Shown here: positions 8,450-16,899 of the stretch, one piece after another
Position numbering within the stretch: the stretch's first letter is position 1
Layout of the letters: every line of letters begins with the position of its first letter
Assembly (NCBI GenBank): GCA_964523885.1
Contig: CAZFYX010000085.1
Span: 117,736 to 181,735, forward strand
Length of the DNA: 64,000 nucleotides
From: an uncultured Burkholderiales bacterium
Lineage (GTDB): Bacteria; Pseudomonadota; Gammaproteobacteria; Burkholderiales; SHXO01
Direction of reading: 5' to 3'
Position numbers and translations under genes: made by a program
The notes under the pieces: generated by a model
The model's input: the letters and a program-made list of their open reading frames with translations, nothing else
Told to the model about the DNA's origin: nothing
Databases searched by the model: none

Positions 8450-9234
8450 CCGGCCTGCTGCTCGTGCTGCTGGCCGCGGCCGCCGGATTGGGCGCCTGGG
8501 CCCTGCTGCAACGCACGCAGTTGCGGCAGGTCGAGCGCGTCCTCCAGGACACCAACGGGCGGCTCGAACGGCTGCAGGTGCACTTCGCCCGCTTCGCGCC
8601 CAACGACGTGGTGGAGCAGCTCACCGAAGCGCAGCCCGGACTGCACGCGAGCCGGCGCATCGTCACGGTGCTGTTCGCGGATCTCAAGGGCTTCACCGCG
8701 CTCAGCGACCGCATGGATCCGGAGCAGATGCTGCCCATCCTCAACGGCTACTTCCAGGCGATGACCCGGCCGATCGTCGAGCACCACGGCCGGGTGACCG
8801 AGCTCATCGGCGACGGCCTGCTGGCGCTGTTCGGCGCACTCGAGCCCAACCCATGGCAGGCGCGCGATGCGGTGCTCGCCGCGCTCGCGATGCGCCAGGA
8901 GCTGGAGCGCTACAACCAGTCGCTCGCGGCGCGCGGGCTGCCCACCCTGCAGATGGGCATCGGCATCCACCGTGGCGAGGTGCTCGCCGGCGTGATGGGC
9001 AACGAGGAGTTGAGCAAGTTCGGCGTGGTGGGCGACACCATCAATGTGGCAGCACGGGTCGAGACGCTCACCCGCGAGATGGGCGTCGACCTGCTCGTCA
9101 CCGACGACGTCCGGCGCGAGCTGGACCCGCGCTTCCGGATGCGGCCGATGCCCCCGGCCGCGGTGAAGGGCAAGCCCGAGCCCATCCTCACCTATCACGT
9201 CGAGAGCGTGACAACGCCGGCTGCGGTGGCCTGA
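8446..9234 (+). CDS. Membrane-anchored class III adenylate/guanylate cyclase
   Basis: N-terminal TM helix (LLLVLLAAAAGLGAWALL), a coiled segment, then the cyclase domain (VTVLFADLKGFTALSD, ELIGDGLLALFG, GDTINVAARVE). Confidence 0.85.
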   Translation: MTGLLLVLLAAAAGLGAWALLQRTQLRQVERVLQDTNGRLERLQVHFARFAPNDVVEQLTEAQPGLHASRRIVTVLFADLKGFTALSDRMDPEQMLPILNGYFQAMTRPIVEHHGRVTELIGDGLLALFGALEPNPWQARDAVLAALAMRQELERYNQSLAARGLPTLQMGIGIHRGEVLAGVMGNEELSKFGVVGDTINVAARVETLTREMGVDLLVTDDVRRELDPRFRMRPMPPAAVKGKPEPILTYHVESVTTPAAVA

Positions 9235-9316
9235 CCCATCCCGTTGCACCGCACCGCTCGGTCCACGCGACCGGCCGTCGATGCGATACTTGCCGCCGTC
9301 ACATCGGAGCCGAGGC

Positions 9317-10084
9317 ATGGAAGAGACGATCCTCATCGAGCGGCAACCCCGCATCGCCATCGTGCGCATGAACCGTCCCGCGCGGCGCAACGCGCTCTCG
9401 GTCGACTACATGCGCGCGCTGACGCGCACCGCGGAATCGCTGCGGGACGATGCGTCGGTCGACGTCGTGCTGCTCACCGGCGCGCCCGACTGGTTCTCCG
9501 CCGGCGCAGACCTGAAGGACGAGGCGCGCTGGTCGATCGGCGCGAAGCCGCTGGTCGAGCAGCGTGAGATCAGCCAGACCGGCTACCGCCTGGCGCGCGC
9601 ATGGGAAGAGCTGCCGCAGATCACCATCGCGGCGATCGAAGGCTACGCGGTCGGCGGCGGCTTCGCGCTCGCGCTCGCCTGCGACTGGCGCGTGCTGGCC
9701 GAGGACGCGTTCGTGAGCCTGCCCGAGATCAACCTCGGCATTCCGCTGACCTGGGGGACGCTGCCCCGCCTGATCGCACTCGGCGGGCCCGCGCGCGCCA
9801 AGCGGCTGACCATCCTCTGCGAGCGCGTCGACGCTCGCGAGGCGCTGGCGCTGGGCTTCGTGGACTACGTCACGGAGCACGGCGGCGCGCTCGACGAGGC
9901 CCGGCGCATCGCCGCGCGCGTGCTCGAGATGCCGCAGGGCTCCGTCCGCATGAGCAAGGAGACGATCAACGCCACCGCCTACGCGCTGGCGCACCTGGCA
10001 TCCCACGCCGGTGCCGATCAGTTCAACCTGGCAGCGCAGGGGGCCGACGCGGCTGCCGCGCGCGCACGCTTCCGCAGATCATGA
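9317..10084 (+). CDS. Enoyl-CoA hydratase/isomerase (crotonase) family protein
   Basis: IAIVRMNRPARRNAL...GAPDWFSAGADLKD...AAIEGYAVGGGFALALACD. GGAG lies 7 nt before the ATG at 9317; the track start at 9281 is less likely. Confidence 0.85.
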   Translation: MEETILIERQPRIAIVRMNRPARRNALSVDYMRALTRTAESLRDDASVDVVLLTGAPDWFSAGADLKDEARWSIGAKPLVEQREISQTGYRLARAWEELPQITIAAIEGYAVGGGFALALACDWRVLAEDAFVSLPEINLGIPLTWGTLPRLIALGGPARAKRLTILCERVDAREALALGFVDYVTEHGGALDEARRIAARVLEMPQGSVRMSKETINATAYALAHLASHAGADQFNLAAQGADAAAARARFRRS

Positions 10085-10183
10085 GCGCCTGGGCTGCGAG
10101 GCCATGAGGTCGGTCGCGGGTTACACTTGCCGACGGCATAGCCTTTGCATGGGCAAGGGAACTCATCTCCAGGAGACAGCTCG

Positions 10184-10468
10184 ATGCAAGTCCGGCTTTC
10201 GTCCCGCCCGTTCGCGGTGCTGTGCTGCGCCATCGCATGCGGGTTTGCAGTAACCGCGAGCGCACAGAACACCCAGCCCGACCCCGTACTCGATCCTGAC
10301 GCGGTCAAGGCGGACCCGGTGCTCTCTCCGGATGCAGTCCGCCCCGACGCGGTGCTGTCTCCGGACGCGGTGAAACCCGATCGCGTGCTCTCGCCAGGGG
10401 CGGTGCGGCCGGACGCGGTCCTGTCCCCAGACGCCGTGCCGGCCGATCCGGTGCTGCCGGCAAACTGA
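10184..10468 (+). CDS. Small secreted Asp/Pro-rich tandem-repeat protein (94 aa precursor)
   Basis: AGGAG lies 8 nt upstream of the ATG at 10184. Signal peptide MQVRLSSRPFAVLCCAIACGFAVTASA. The mature part is about 5.5 copies of an 11-residue unit (D-[PA]-V-L-[SD]-P-[DG]-A-V-[KR]-[AP]). Confidence 0.55.
   Translation: MQVRLSSRPFAVLCCAIACGFAVTASAQNTQPDPVLDPDAVKADPVLSPDAVRPDAVLSPDAVKPDRVLSPGAVRPDAVLSPDAVPADPVLPAN
10280..10462 (+). repeat. About 5.5 tandem copies of a 33-bp coding repeat
   Basis: Seen directly in the translation: DPVLDPDAVKA / DPVLSPDAVRP / DAVLSPDAVKP / DRVLSPGAVRP / DAVLSPDAVPA / DPVLP. Confidence 0.8.
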
Positions 10469-10487
10469 GCGTCGTAGAGGACGCAGG

Positions 10488-12281
10488 CTACTTCGGCAAC
10501 GCAAAGACCTGGATGGCGTCGCCCTGCTTGAACCCGAACAGCTGATTGCCGCCGGCCGCGACCGCGATGAACTGGCGCCCGTCCACCTCGTAGGTGACCG
10601 GCGGTGCGTTGACGCCCGCACCGGCGTCGTGCTGCCACAGCAGCTTGCCCGTCCTCGAGTCATAGGCGTTGAACATGCCGCGGCCTTCGCCAGTGAACAG
10701 GAGGTCGCCCGCAGTGGCCAGGACGCCACCGACCAGGGGTTGGGCGGTCTTGACCTGCCACTTGATCGCGCCAGCGGCCCGCGTATCGATCGCGCTGAGC
10801 AGCCCCCACGTCGGGCCGCCGTCCGGTTCCAGCGAGGTGTAGCGGACTGCCGGCTTGTCGCCCGTGGCGGGCAGCTCCTTCACCGTGTAGCGCATCGGCC
10901 AGTGGATCGCCGCAACGTAGGCCAGCCCCGTGCGGGGATCGAACGATACCGGCGACCAGTTGGCGCCGCCTGCGCCGCCCGGGGCGATGACGATGCCTTC
11001 CGGGGTGGGGCGCATGAACGTGTTCGAGTGCGGTGCGAACTCCTCGGAGCGGTACAGCAGGGTGCCGTCGCGACGGTCGATCACGTACATCCAGCCGGTC
11101 TTGCCCGCGTGCGCAACAGCGGGGATCACGTCGGAGCCCCTGATCACATCGAGCAGCACTGGCGGGCTGGCCACGTCGTAGCCCCACAGGTCGTGCGGCA
11201 CGACCTGGTAGTACCACTTCACCTTGCCGGTGGCGGCATCGAGCGCCACCAAGGAGACGGTGTAGAGGTTGTCCCCGGGCCGGGTCAGGTCGTCCATCTG
11301 TGGAGAGGGATTTCCCACGCCCACGAACAGGGTGTTGGTCTTGACATCGAAGGCCGGCGTGGTCCAGGCCGAGCCGCCGCCGCGCTTCGCCGCATCCGGA
11401 TACCTGGGCGCCGCGGCACGTTCGCCGGGGATGTCGCGATAGAGCTTCTCGCCGCTCGGCGTCGTGGTGCGGAACTCGCCCTCCCAGCCGGTCGGAGGCG
11501 TCGAGTCGAACTGCCAGACACGCTTGCCCGTGCTCGCATCGAACGCCGCGTAGAAGCCCGCGCGCTGGCTCTGCCCTGCGATCCCCACGACCGCACCCAG
11601 GGGCGCACCGTCGCGCTCGGACTCCAGGTGCAGCCCGTAGCCGACACCGGTGATACCGACGATCACCTTGCCCGCCACGACCAGCGGCGCCATGTTCACG
11701 CCCACACCCGTCGAGCCCGAGACCTTGCTCTTGCGCTTGGGATCGTCGATGGCGAGTTGATCGGTCTTCTCGGTGGCTCCATCGAGGTCCTCGACCATCG
11801 GGATGTCCCAGACGATCTTGCCGGTCGCCTGGTCGAGCGCGATGAGACGCGCATCGACCGTGCCGATGAAGACCTTGCCGTAGGCGACGGCGACCCCGCG
11901 GTTGGCCGGGCCGCAGCACATCTTTTCGGTGCGGCGCTTGTGCTGGTACCGCCACAGCTGGGCACCGCTGCGCGCATCGAGGGCGACAACGTGGTTGAAC
12001 GGCAGCGCGACGTACATCACCCCGTCCACCACGATCGGCGAGGCCTGGAACGTGGACGGCACACCGGTCTTGAACGACCAGGCCGGTGCCAGCTGCGCCA
12101 CGTTGCCCGAGTTGATCTGCGTGAGCGGCGAGAAGCGCTGGTTGCTGTAGTCGCGGCCGTAGCTCAGCCAGTTGCGCGTGTCCTGCTGAGCGTTGGCCAG
12201 CCGCTGGTCGTCGACGACGCCGGATTGGGCGTGCGCAGCCAGTGCGCAAAGCGCGGCCAGGACGAGCAGTGTTGGACGCAT
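10488..12281 (-). CDS. PQQ-dependent dehydrogenase (quinoprotein alcohol/methanol dehydrogenase-like eight-bladed propeller)
   Basis: GAGGAG RBS before the ATG at 12281 and signal peptide MRPTLLVLAALCALAAHA. Vicinal Cys-Cys (EKMCCGPANRG), GGANWSPVSFDP, and PQQ-propeller repeats throughout. The track start at 12401 is rejected. Confidence 0.85.
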   Translation of the reverse strand: MRPTLLVLAALCALAAHAQSGVVDDQRLANAQQDTRNWLSYGRDYSNQRFSPLTQINSGNVAQLAPAWSFKTGVPSTFQASPIVVDGVMYVALPFNHVVALDARSGAQLWRYQHKRRTEKMCCGPANRGVAVAYGKVFIGTVDARLIALDQATGKIVWDIPMVEDLDGATEKTDQLAIDDPKRKSKVSGSTGVGVNMAPLVVAGKVIVGITGVGYGLHLESERDGAPLGAVVGIAGQSQRAGFYAAFDASTGKRVWQFDSTPPTGWEGEFRTTTPSGEKLYRDIPGERAAAPRYPDAAKRGGGSAWTTPAFDVKTNTLFVGVGNPSPQMDDLTRPGDNLYTVSLVALDAATGKVKWYYQVVPHDLWGYDVASPPVLLDVIRGSDVIPAVAHAGKTGWMYVIDRRDGTLLYRSEEFAPHSNTFMRPTPEGIVIAPGGAGGANWSPVSFDPRTGLAYVAAIHWPMRYTVKELPATGDKPAVRYTSLEPDGGPTWGLLSAIDTRAAGAIKWQVKTAQPLVGGVLATAGDLLFTGEGRGMFNAYDSRTGKLLWQHDAGAGVNAPPVTYEVDGRQFIAVAAGGNQLFGFKQGDAIQVFALPK

Positions 12282-12451
12282 TGCTGTTCTCCTCAGTTCA
12301 GGTAACGGATGGTACCGTCGCGTGGGATCGGCGATCCTTCGATGTCTCGGCGCAGCCCGTTGCGCCGCGCAAGCCGCCCGGGCCTCGCGCTCCCCCGGCA
12401 CGGCAGGCCTCGCGTCGGCTGCCGGTCGACACGCAGACAGGGCCAGTGAGG

Positions 12452-13504
12452 CTAAGCGCGCGGTGCCCGGGCCTGTGCGCTGTAGGCCTCGGCGTAGCGC
12501 TTGTAGACGTCCACGCCGATGGAGAACCGGGCCGCGTTGTCCGGCGACAGGGGCCGCGACTCTCGCGCAGGGTTGCCCGACCAGATGAAGCCGGCCTTCA
12601 CCTCGGTCCCCGGCTCGGTGACCGCGCCGGCGGCCACCACGGCACCGGTCCTCACGATCGTCCCCGGGCCGATGATCGAGCCCATGCCGATCACCACGCT
12701 GTCCTCGATCTCACAGGCGTGCATGCGCACGTTGTGGCCCACGGTGACCCGGCGGCCGATGCGCACGCGCTCTCCGGCCTTCAGGGTGATGCGGGTGTTG
12801 TCCTGGATGTTGCTGGCCTCGCCCAGCTCGACCACGCCGCCTTCGGCATCGATCTCCACCCCGAACCAGACGCTGGAATGCGGCGCGAGCCGGAGCTCGC
12901 CCACGATGGCGGCGGTAGGCGCGACGTAGGCGTTGGGGGCGCTGAAGCGCCCGGCGCCGGTACCCGGCGCATGGCGCAGCGGTCCGGCAGGCTGCGCTGC
13001 CCGCACGACGTCGCCGCCTGCGCCGCCCTCGCGCAGGGCGCGGTGCAGCTGCTGCAGACGCTCGGCCGACACCTGCTCGACCGGCTTGGCCGGGATGCCC
13101 GCATAGAGCCAGCCGCCGGGCAGCACCTTCCCGGGCGGCGCGACGCTGCCGGCGGCGAACACGGCACCGGGTCCGACCTCGCAGCCGTCCATCACCACCG
13201 CGTGCTCGCCGATGACGCAGTCGTCGCCCACCGAGCAGGCGTGCACCAGGCTGAAGCGACCCATGGTGCAGCGGCGGCCGATGCTCGTGCCGAACACGCT
13301 GTCGGCGATGTGGACGGTGCTGGCTTCGCCGAACCAGCAGTCCTCGCCCACGGTGATGCTCTCGCCGTCCGCCCGCAGCGTGGTCAGCGGTGCCAGGTGC
13401 GTGCGCGGACCGACCTGGGCGCGGCCGATCACGGCGACGGAGTCATCGGCCTGGATGCTGCGGTCGAGCTGGGGGACGTACTTGAGGTAGGGGAGGACGA
13501 TCAT
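12452..13504 (-). CDS. Tandem fusion of two gamma-carbonic-anhydrase-like left-handed beta-helix (hexapeptide repeat) domains
   Basis: 350 aa. Residues ~10-175 and ~190-350 each look like a complete gamma-CA/YrdA/PaaY-type domain (LRADGESITVGEDCWFGEASTVHIA... and NIQDNTRITL...VTVGHNVRMHACEIEDSVVIGMGS...NPARESRPLS). Confidence 0.75.
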   Translation of the reverse strand: MIVLPYLKYVPQLDRSIQADDSVAVIGRAQVGPRTHLAPLTTLRADGESITVGEDCWFGEASTVHIADSVFGTSIGRRCTMGRFSLVHACSVGDDCVIGEHAVVMDGCEVGPGAVFAAGSVAPPGKVLPGGWLYAGIPAKPVEQVSAERLQQLHRALREGGAGGDVVRAAQPAGPLRHAPGTGAGRFSAPNAYVAPTAAIVGELRLAPHSSVWFGVEIDAEGGVVELGEASNIQDNTRITLKAGERVRIGRRVTVGHNVRMHACEIEDSVVIGMGSIIGPGTIVRTGAVVAAGAVTEPGTEVKAGFIWSGNPARESRPLSPDNAARFSIGVDVYKRYAEAYSAQARAPRA

Positions 13505-13669
13505 TGTGGGCAGTCTCGGGTTCAGTGCGTGGCTATGGTAGTGGTGTACGGGGCCGGATGCTCGGATCTCGTGCTGGCGCGGAGGGGCTTCTCGATCTGC
13601 GCTGCACGCGCCAGCCTGACCCTGCCCACTCGCCTCGAGGGAGAGGGTATCCGACCGGCGCTCCCGCGC

Positions 13670-14150
13670 CTAGAGCACCGGATTCTCGCGGTAGGTGCCC
13701 CACACCGTCTTGAGCGACTCGACGAGGTCCCCCATGGTGGCGCCGGCGGTCACCAGCTCGATCGTCACCGGCATGATGTTCTGCGACTCGTCGCGGGCGA
13801 CGGTCACCAGCTGCTCGAGCAGCGCCTGCACCTTCGCGTTGTCGCGGGTCCTGCGCACCGTCTGCAGCCGCGCCAGCTGGCGCGCCAGGGTGGACGGGTC
13901 TCGATGTCGAAGTGCTCGTCGGCCTCGACGTACTTGTTCACGCCGATGACCGGCTTTTCTCCGCTCTGCTTGCACAGTGCCGTCTCGTAGGCGAAGTCCG
14001 CGATGTGCTTCTGGAACCAGCCTTCCTGGATCGGCACACTTCCTGGAGCCGCGCGAGGATGGCACGATCGCGATCGCACGCCGGCATCGTCTCGCGGACC
14101 GGAAACCAGTAGCGGCTGCCCGCGTCGGGACGGCAGGCGTTGTCGTAGCA
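13670..14150 (-). pseudogene. Frameshifted 3' fragment of a methylmalonyl-CoA mutase family (catalytic domain) gene
   Basis: One frame gives LARLQTVRRTRDNAKVQALLEQLVTVARDESQNIMPVTIELVTAGATMGDLVESLKTVWGTYRENPVL*. A second frame upstream gives IQEGWFQKHIADFAYETALCKQSGEKPVIGVNKYVEADEHFDIE. Both resemble the end of the mutase barrel domain. The frame changes near 13895 and the 5' portion is missing. Confidence 0.6.
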
Positions 14151-14212
14151 CGGCGGGAACTGCCAGCACTCCATGCGCATGGGATGGCCTCGTTGCGCTG
14201 GATGGGTGCGCG

Positions 14213-14620
14213 CTAGCTGTGAACCGTCAAGAGGTTGTTTCCTGACTTGGTGAGCCTGGACATGGGGAAGGCGCCGCCGATGCCTGCGTGGGGGCGGTGC
14301 CAGTTGTGGTGGTGTTGCCAGCTGGCCAGTGCACGAGCGCGTTGTTGGGAGTTCTGGTAGCTCCAGCCGTAGGCCCACTCACGCAGCGCTGACTGGATGA
14401 CGCGCTCGGCCTTGCCGTTGGTCTGAGGCCGGTATGCACGGGTGAACTTGTGGGCGATGCCAAGATCGGCGCAGGCCGTGGCGAAGTCCTTGGAGCGGAA
14501 TGCCGAGCCGTTGTCGGTCAACACCCGACGCACGGTGATGCCCAGGCTGGCGTAGTTGGCCACCGCGTCGCGCAGGAAGCGCACCGCCTGCGGCGTCTTC
14601 TCATCCTGGTGGGCTGCGGC
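14213..14620 (-). mobile_element. Remnant of an IS481-type transposase gene (C-terminal rve integrase core only)
   Basis: DEKTPQAVRFLRDAVANYASLGITVRRVLTDNGSAFRSKDFATACADLGIAHKFTRAYRPQTNGKAERVIQSALREWAY...WHRPHAGIGG matches the DDE/rve core. There is no N-terminal HTH part and no recognisable inverted repeats. It abuts the mutase fragment. Confidence 0.7.
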
Positions 14621-14637
14621 GCAGCCCTAGCCGGGAG

Positions 14638-15270
14638 TCAGTCGTGATGTGCGGCGCGGTTCACGTTGCGCCGGATCTGGCGCTCGGCGCGGCCGTGGAA
14701 GCGCAGCGGCGCGCTGGTGATCAGTGAGCGGCCGTCCTGGGCGTAGATGCTCACCTCCATGATATGCAGCTGGTCGTCGTGTGCAGCCGCTTCCCATTCC
14801 CGCCGGGAGATCTCGAACTGCGCCTCGTAGCGGCGCTCCGGCAGCACCACCCCGTCCCAGGAAACCGCGATCGCATCGCCGGGGCGCAGCGCCGGCTCGA
14901 TCCGCAGCTTGACCGGCAGCACATCGGCGTCGAGATCCACGTCCGCCATGTCCTCCGGCGTGACGAATTCGATCGACTTGTAGACCAGGCCTTTCAGCGT
15001 GGACTGGCCGCCCCCGCCCCCCCCGCCGGTCACCTGGGTCGTCCCCGTATCGCCCGGCGACCCGGAGGTGCCCTGCCCCGGAACGGCCGCACCGGAGGAC
15101 GGGGCGGGGCCGGTGTCGATGACGTTGGGGTCGATCGGTACCGACTTGCCGCCTGCGCAGGGCGTGTCCTGGAAGGTCGGTACGCCACCGGCCCCAGGGC
15201 ATTCGTATACCTGTGCTTCCGCCAGGGCGGGAAGGAGGCAGCACAGCACGGTTGCGAGAATCGCTCTCAT
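14638..15270 (-). CDS. Secreted DUF4124-like protein with an internal Gly run
   Basis: Signal peptide MRAILATVLCCLLPALAEA followed by QVYECPGAGGVPTFQDTPC (DUF4124-like motif). A Gly7 stretch is encoded by a G-rich tract that includes an 8-nt homopolymer (15017-15024). Confidence 0.65.
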   Translation of the reverse strand: MRAILATVLCCLLPALAEAQVYECPGAGGVPTFQDTPCAGGKSVPIDPNVIDTGPAPSSGAAVPGQGTSGSPGDTGTTQVTGGGGGGGQSTLKGLVYKSIEFVTPEDMADVDLDADVLPVKLRIEPALRPGDAIAVSWDGVVLPERRYEAQFEISRREWEAAAHDDQLHIMEVSIYAQDGRSLITSAPLRFHGRAERQIRRNVNRAAHHD

Positions 15271-15434
15271 TGCGGAAACTCCAGGCTGGATGACGGACGC
15301 GTGGCGTCAAGCACATACCGTGCAATTGCGCCCTGCGGCGATTATGCCGCACGCCTGCGGTGCGGACCTGAGCGAGCACAGGATGCCGCGGCCGGCTGCG
15401 CCCGCGACGCACTGGTCCACGCGATCGAACCGGG

Positions 15435-16685
15435 TCAGTACTTGCCGCCGGCGGCGGAGGGCGGCGGCGTGCGCGGCCCGTACGGCGCCTCGTCCAGCCA
15501 CTTCCCGGCGCCCTCCCAGAGCGGGGCCAGCAGCGCCGCGATGCGCCGCTTCAAGCGTTGCCCCAACGTGCGCGCCTGCAGATGCTCGAGCGCGACACCG
15601 GCGCAGGACCGGTTCCACTCCGCGGCGGCGCGGCGCTCTGCATCGAACGTGTCCACCGCGGCAGCAGCGGCTTGCGCATCGGCACCCGCGAGCGCCGTGG
15701 CGACTGCCGCGGCCGCCGAGTCTGCATCCGGAACGCCCGAGTTCATCCCGCGCGCCCCGAACGGCGCGAACAGATGGGCGGCCTCCCCCACCAGCAGCAC
15801 GCGGTGGGAAGCATCGGCGAACCGGCGCGCGATGACCTGCAGGAACTGGTAGGTCGACACCCAGGTGATGCGGCCCGCATAGCGCGGCCCCAGGGTGTCG
15901 CTGATCCACTTCTTCAGGCCCGGCCCATCGCTCCACTGGTCGGGATTGTCGTCCTGGTGGCATTCGAGATCCGCGCGCCAGCCGCCCTTGAACGGGACCA
16001 GCAGCACGTTGCGCCCGCCCACGGCCGGGTGCTCGTAGTGGAACACGCGCTCGAGCGGCAGCGGAGCGTCCTCGACTTCGGCGACGTCCACGATGACGAA
16101 CGTGTTCTCCGACCGGCTGCCCTCCATCTCGATGCCCACCTGCTTGCGCACCGTGGAACGGGCACCGTCCGCCGCGATGACGTACTGCGCCTGCCAGGCG
16201 TGACCGCTCTGCGCGGTCAGCGTCACGCCCCCGGGCCCGGCATCCACCCGCGCGATCGGCTCGCCCCAGATGATCTGCACACCCATCTCGCGGCAGGCCT
16301 GGAGCAGCACACGCTCGGCGACCACCTGCGGCAGGCTGGTGAAGTGCGGCAGCACGTCGGGCGGCGGCAGCCGGTAGCTCTTCGCGAACACCTCACGCCC
16401 GCGGTAGGTCGTGCGGCGCGTGGGCCACACCAGGCCGTGGTTGACGAAGCCCCACCCCAGCCCGGGACGGATGCGCTCCAGAACCTTGAGCGTGGCTCCG
16501 TGGATATAGATGGCGCGGCTGCCGGGGCGCTGGCGGTTCTCCGGCTCGGCCTCGATGATCGTGGCCGGCACGCCGCGGGCGCGCAGCGCGAGGGCAGCCG
16601 TGAGACCGATCGGGCCGGCGCCCACGACGATCGCGGGAATGGGGGTCAAGCGGATCTCCTCTGACGGGCGGCGCCATTGTTTCAT
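15435..16685 (-). CDS. FAD-dependent monooxygenase (aromatic-ring hydroxylase-like)
   Basis: GxGxxG dinucleotide fold (AIVVGAGPIGLTAALALRARG), ADGARSTVRK, and LVGEAAHLFAPFGARGMNSG. The start (ATG at 16685) was chosen just upstream of the FAD motif and is uncertain. Confidence 0.8.
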   Translation of the reverse strand: MKQWRRPSEEIRLTPIPAIVVGAGPIGLTAALALRARGVPATIIEAEPENRQRPGSRAIYIHGATLKVLERIRPGLGWGFVNHGLVWPTRRTTYRGREVFAKSYRLPPPDVLPHFTSLPQVVAERVLLQACREMGVQIIWGEPIARVDAGPGGVTLTAQSGHAWQAQYVIAADGARSTVRKQVGIEMEGSRSENTFVIVDVAEVEDAPLPLERVFHYEHPAVGGRNVLLVPFKGGWRADLECHQDDNPDQWSDGPGLKKWISDTLGPRYAGRITWVSTYQFLQVIARRFADASHRVLLVGEAAHLFAPFGARGMNSGVPDADSAAAAVATALAGADAQAAAAAVDTFDAERRAAAEWNRSCAGVALEHLQARTLGQRLKRRIAALLAPLWEGAGKWLDEAPYGPRTPPPSAAGGKY

Positions 16686-16798
16686 ATTCGCACGCCGGCT
16701 TGAGGCGCCAGGCATGCCCGGGGGGATCCTCGCCCAGGCAGCCGACCGCATCGTCACCGGGAAGCGCGCTCCCGCATGGGTCGGGAGCTGCCGCGGAC

Positions 16799-16813
16799 GT
16801 GAATTTCGCACAC
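16799..16813 (+). promoter_or_regulatory. Copy 2 of the exact 15-bp motif GTGAATTTCGCACAC
   Basis: Identical to 4142-4156. It lies 87 bp upstream of the ATG at 16900, the first of three small secreted-protein genes. Confidence 0.4.
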
Positions 16814-16899
16814 GCCGGCCGTTGCAGAGTGCAGCGAGCGCGGCTCCCTGGCGCCGTACATTGGTCACAACACGAAGCGCAACACGGAGCACCCGGACC

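Noticed and set aside
10018-10638. Minus-strand ORF across the 33-bp repeat (translates as TASG/ESTGS repeats) as the real gene instead of the plus-strand ORF.
   Set aside because: It would start inside the 3' end of the PQQ dehydrogenase gene in another frame, and it has no RBS or signal peptide. The plus-strand ORF has both. Some uncertainty remains, because repeats stay open in several frames.
14213-14620. An active insertion sequence.
   Set aside because: Only the C-terminal integrase core is present. No N-terminal DNA-binding part, terminal inverted repeats or target duplication could be identified.
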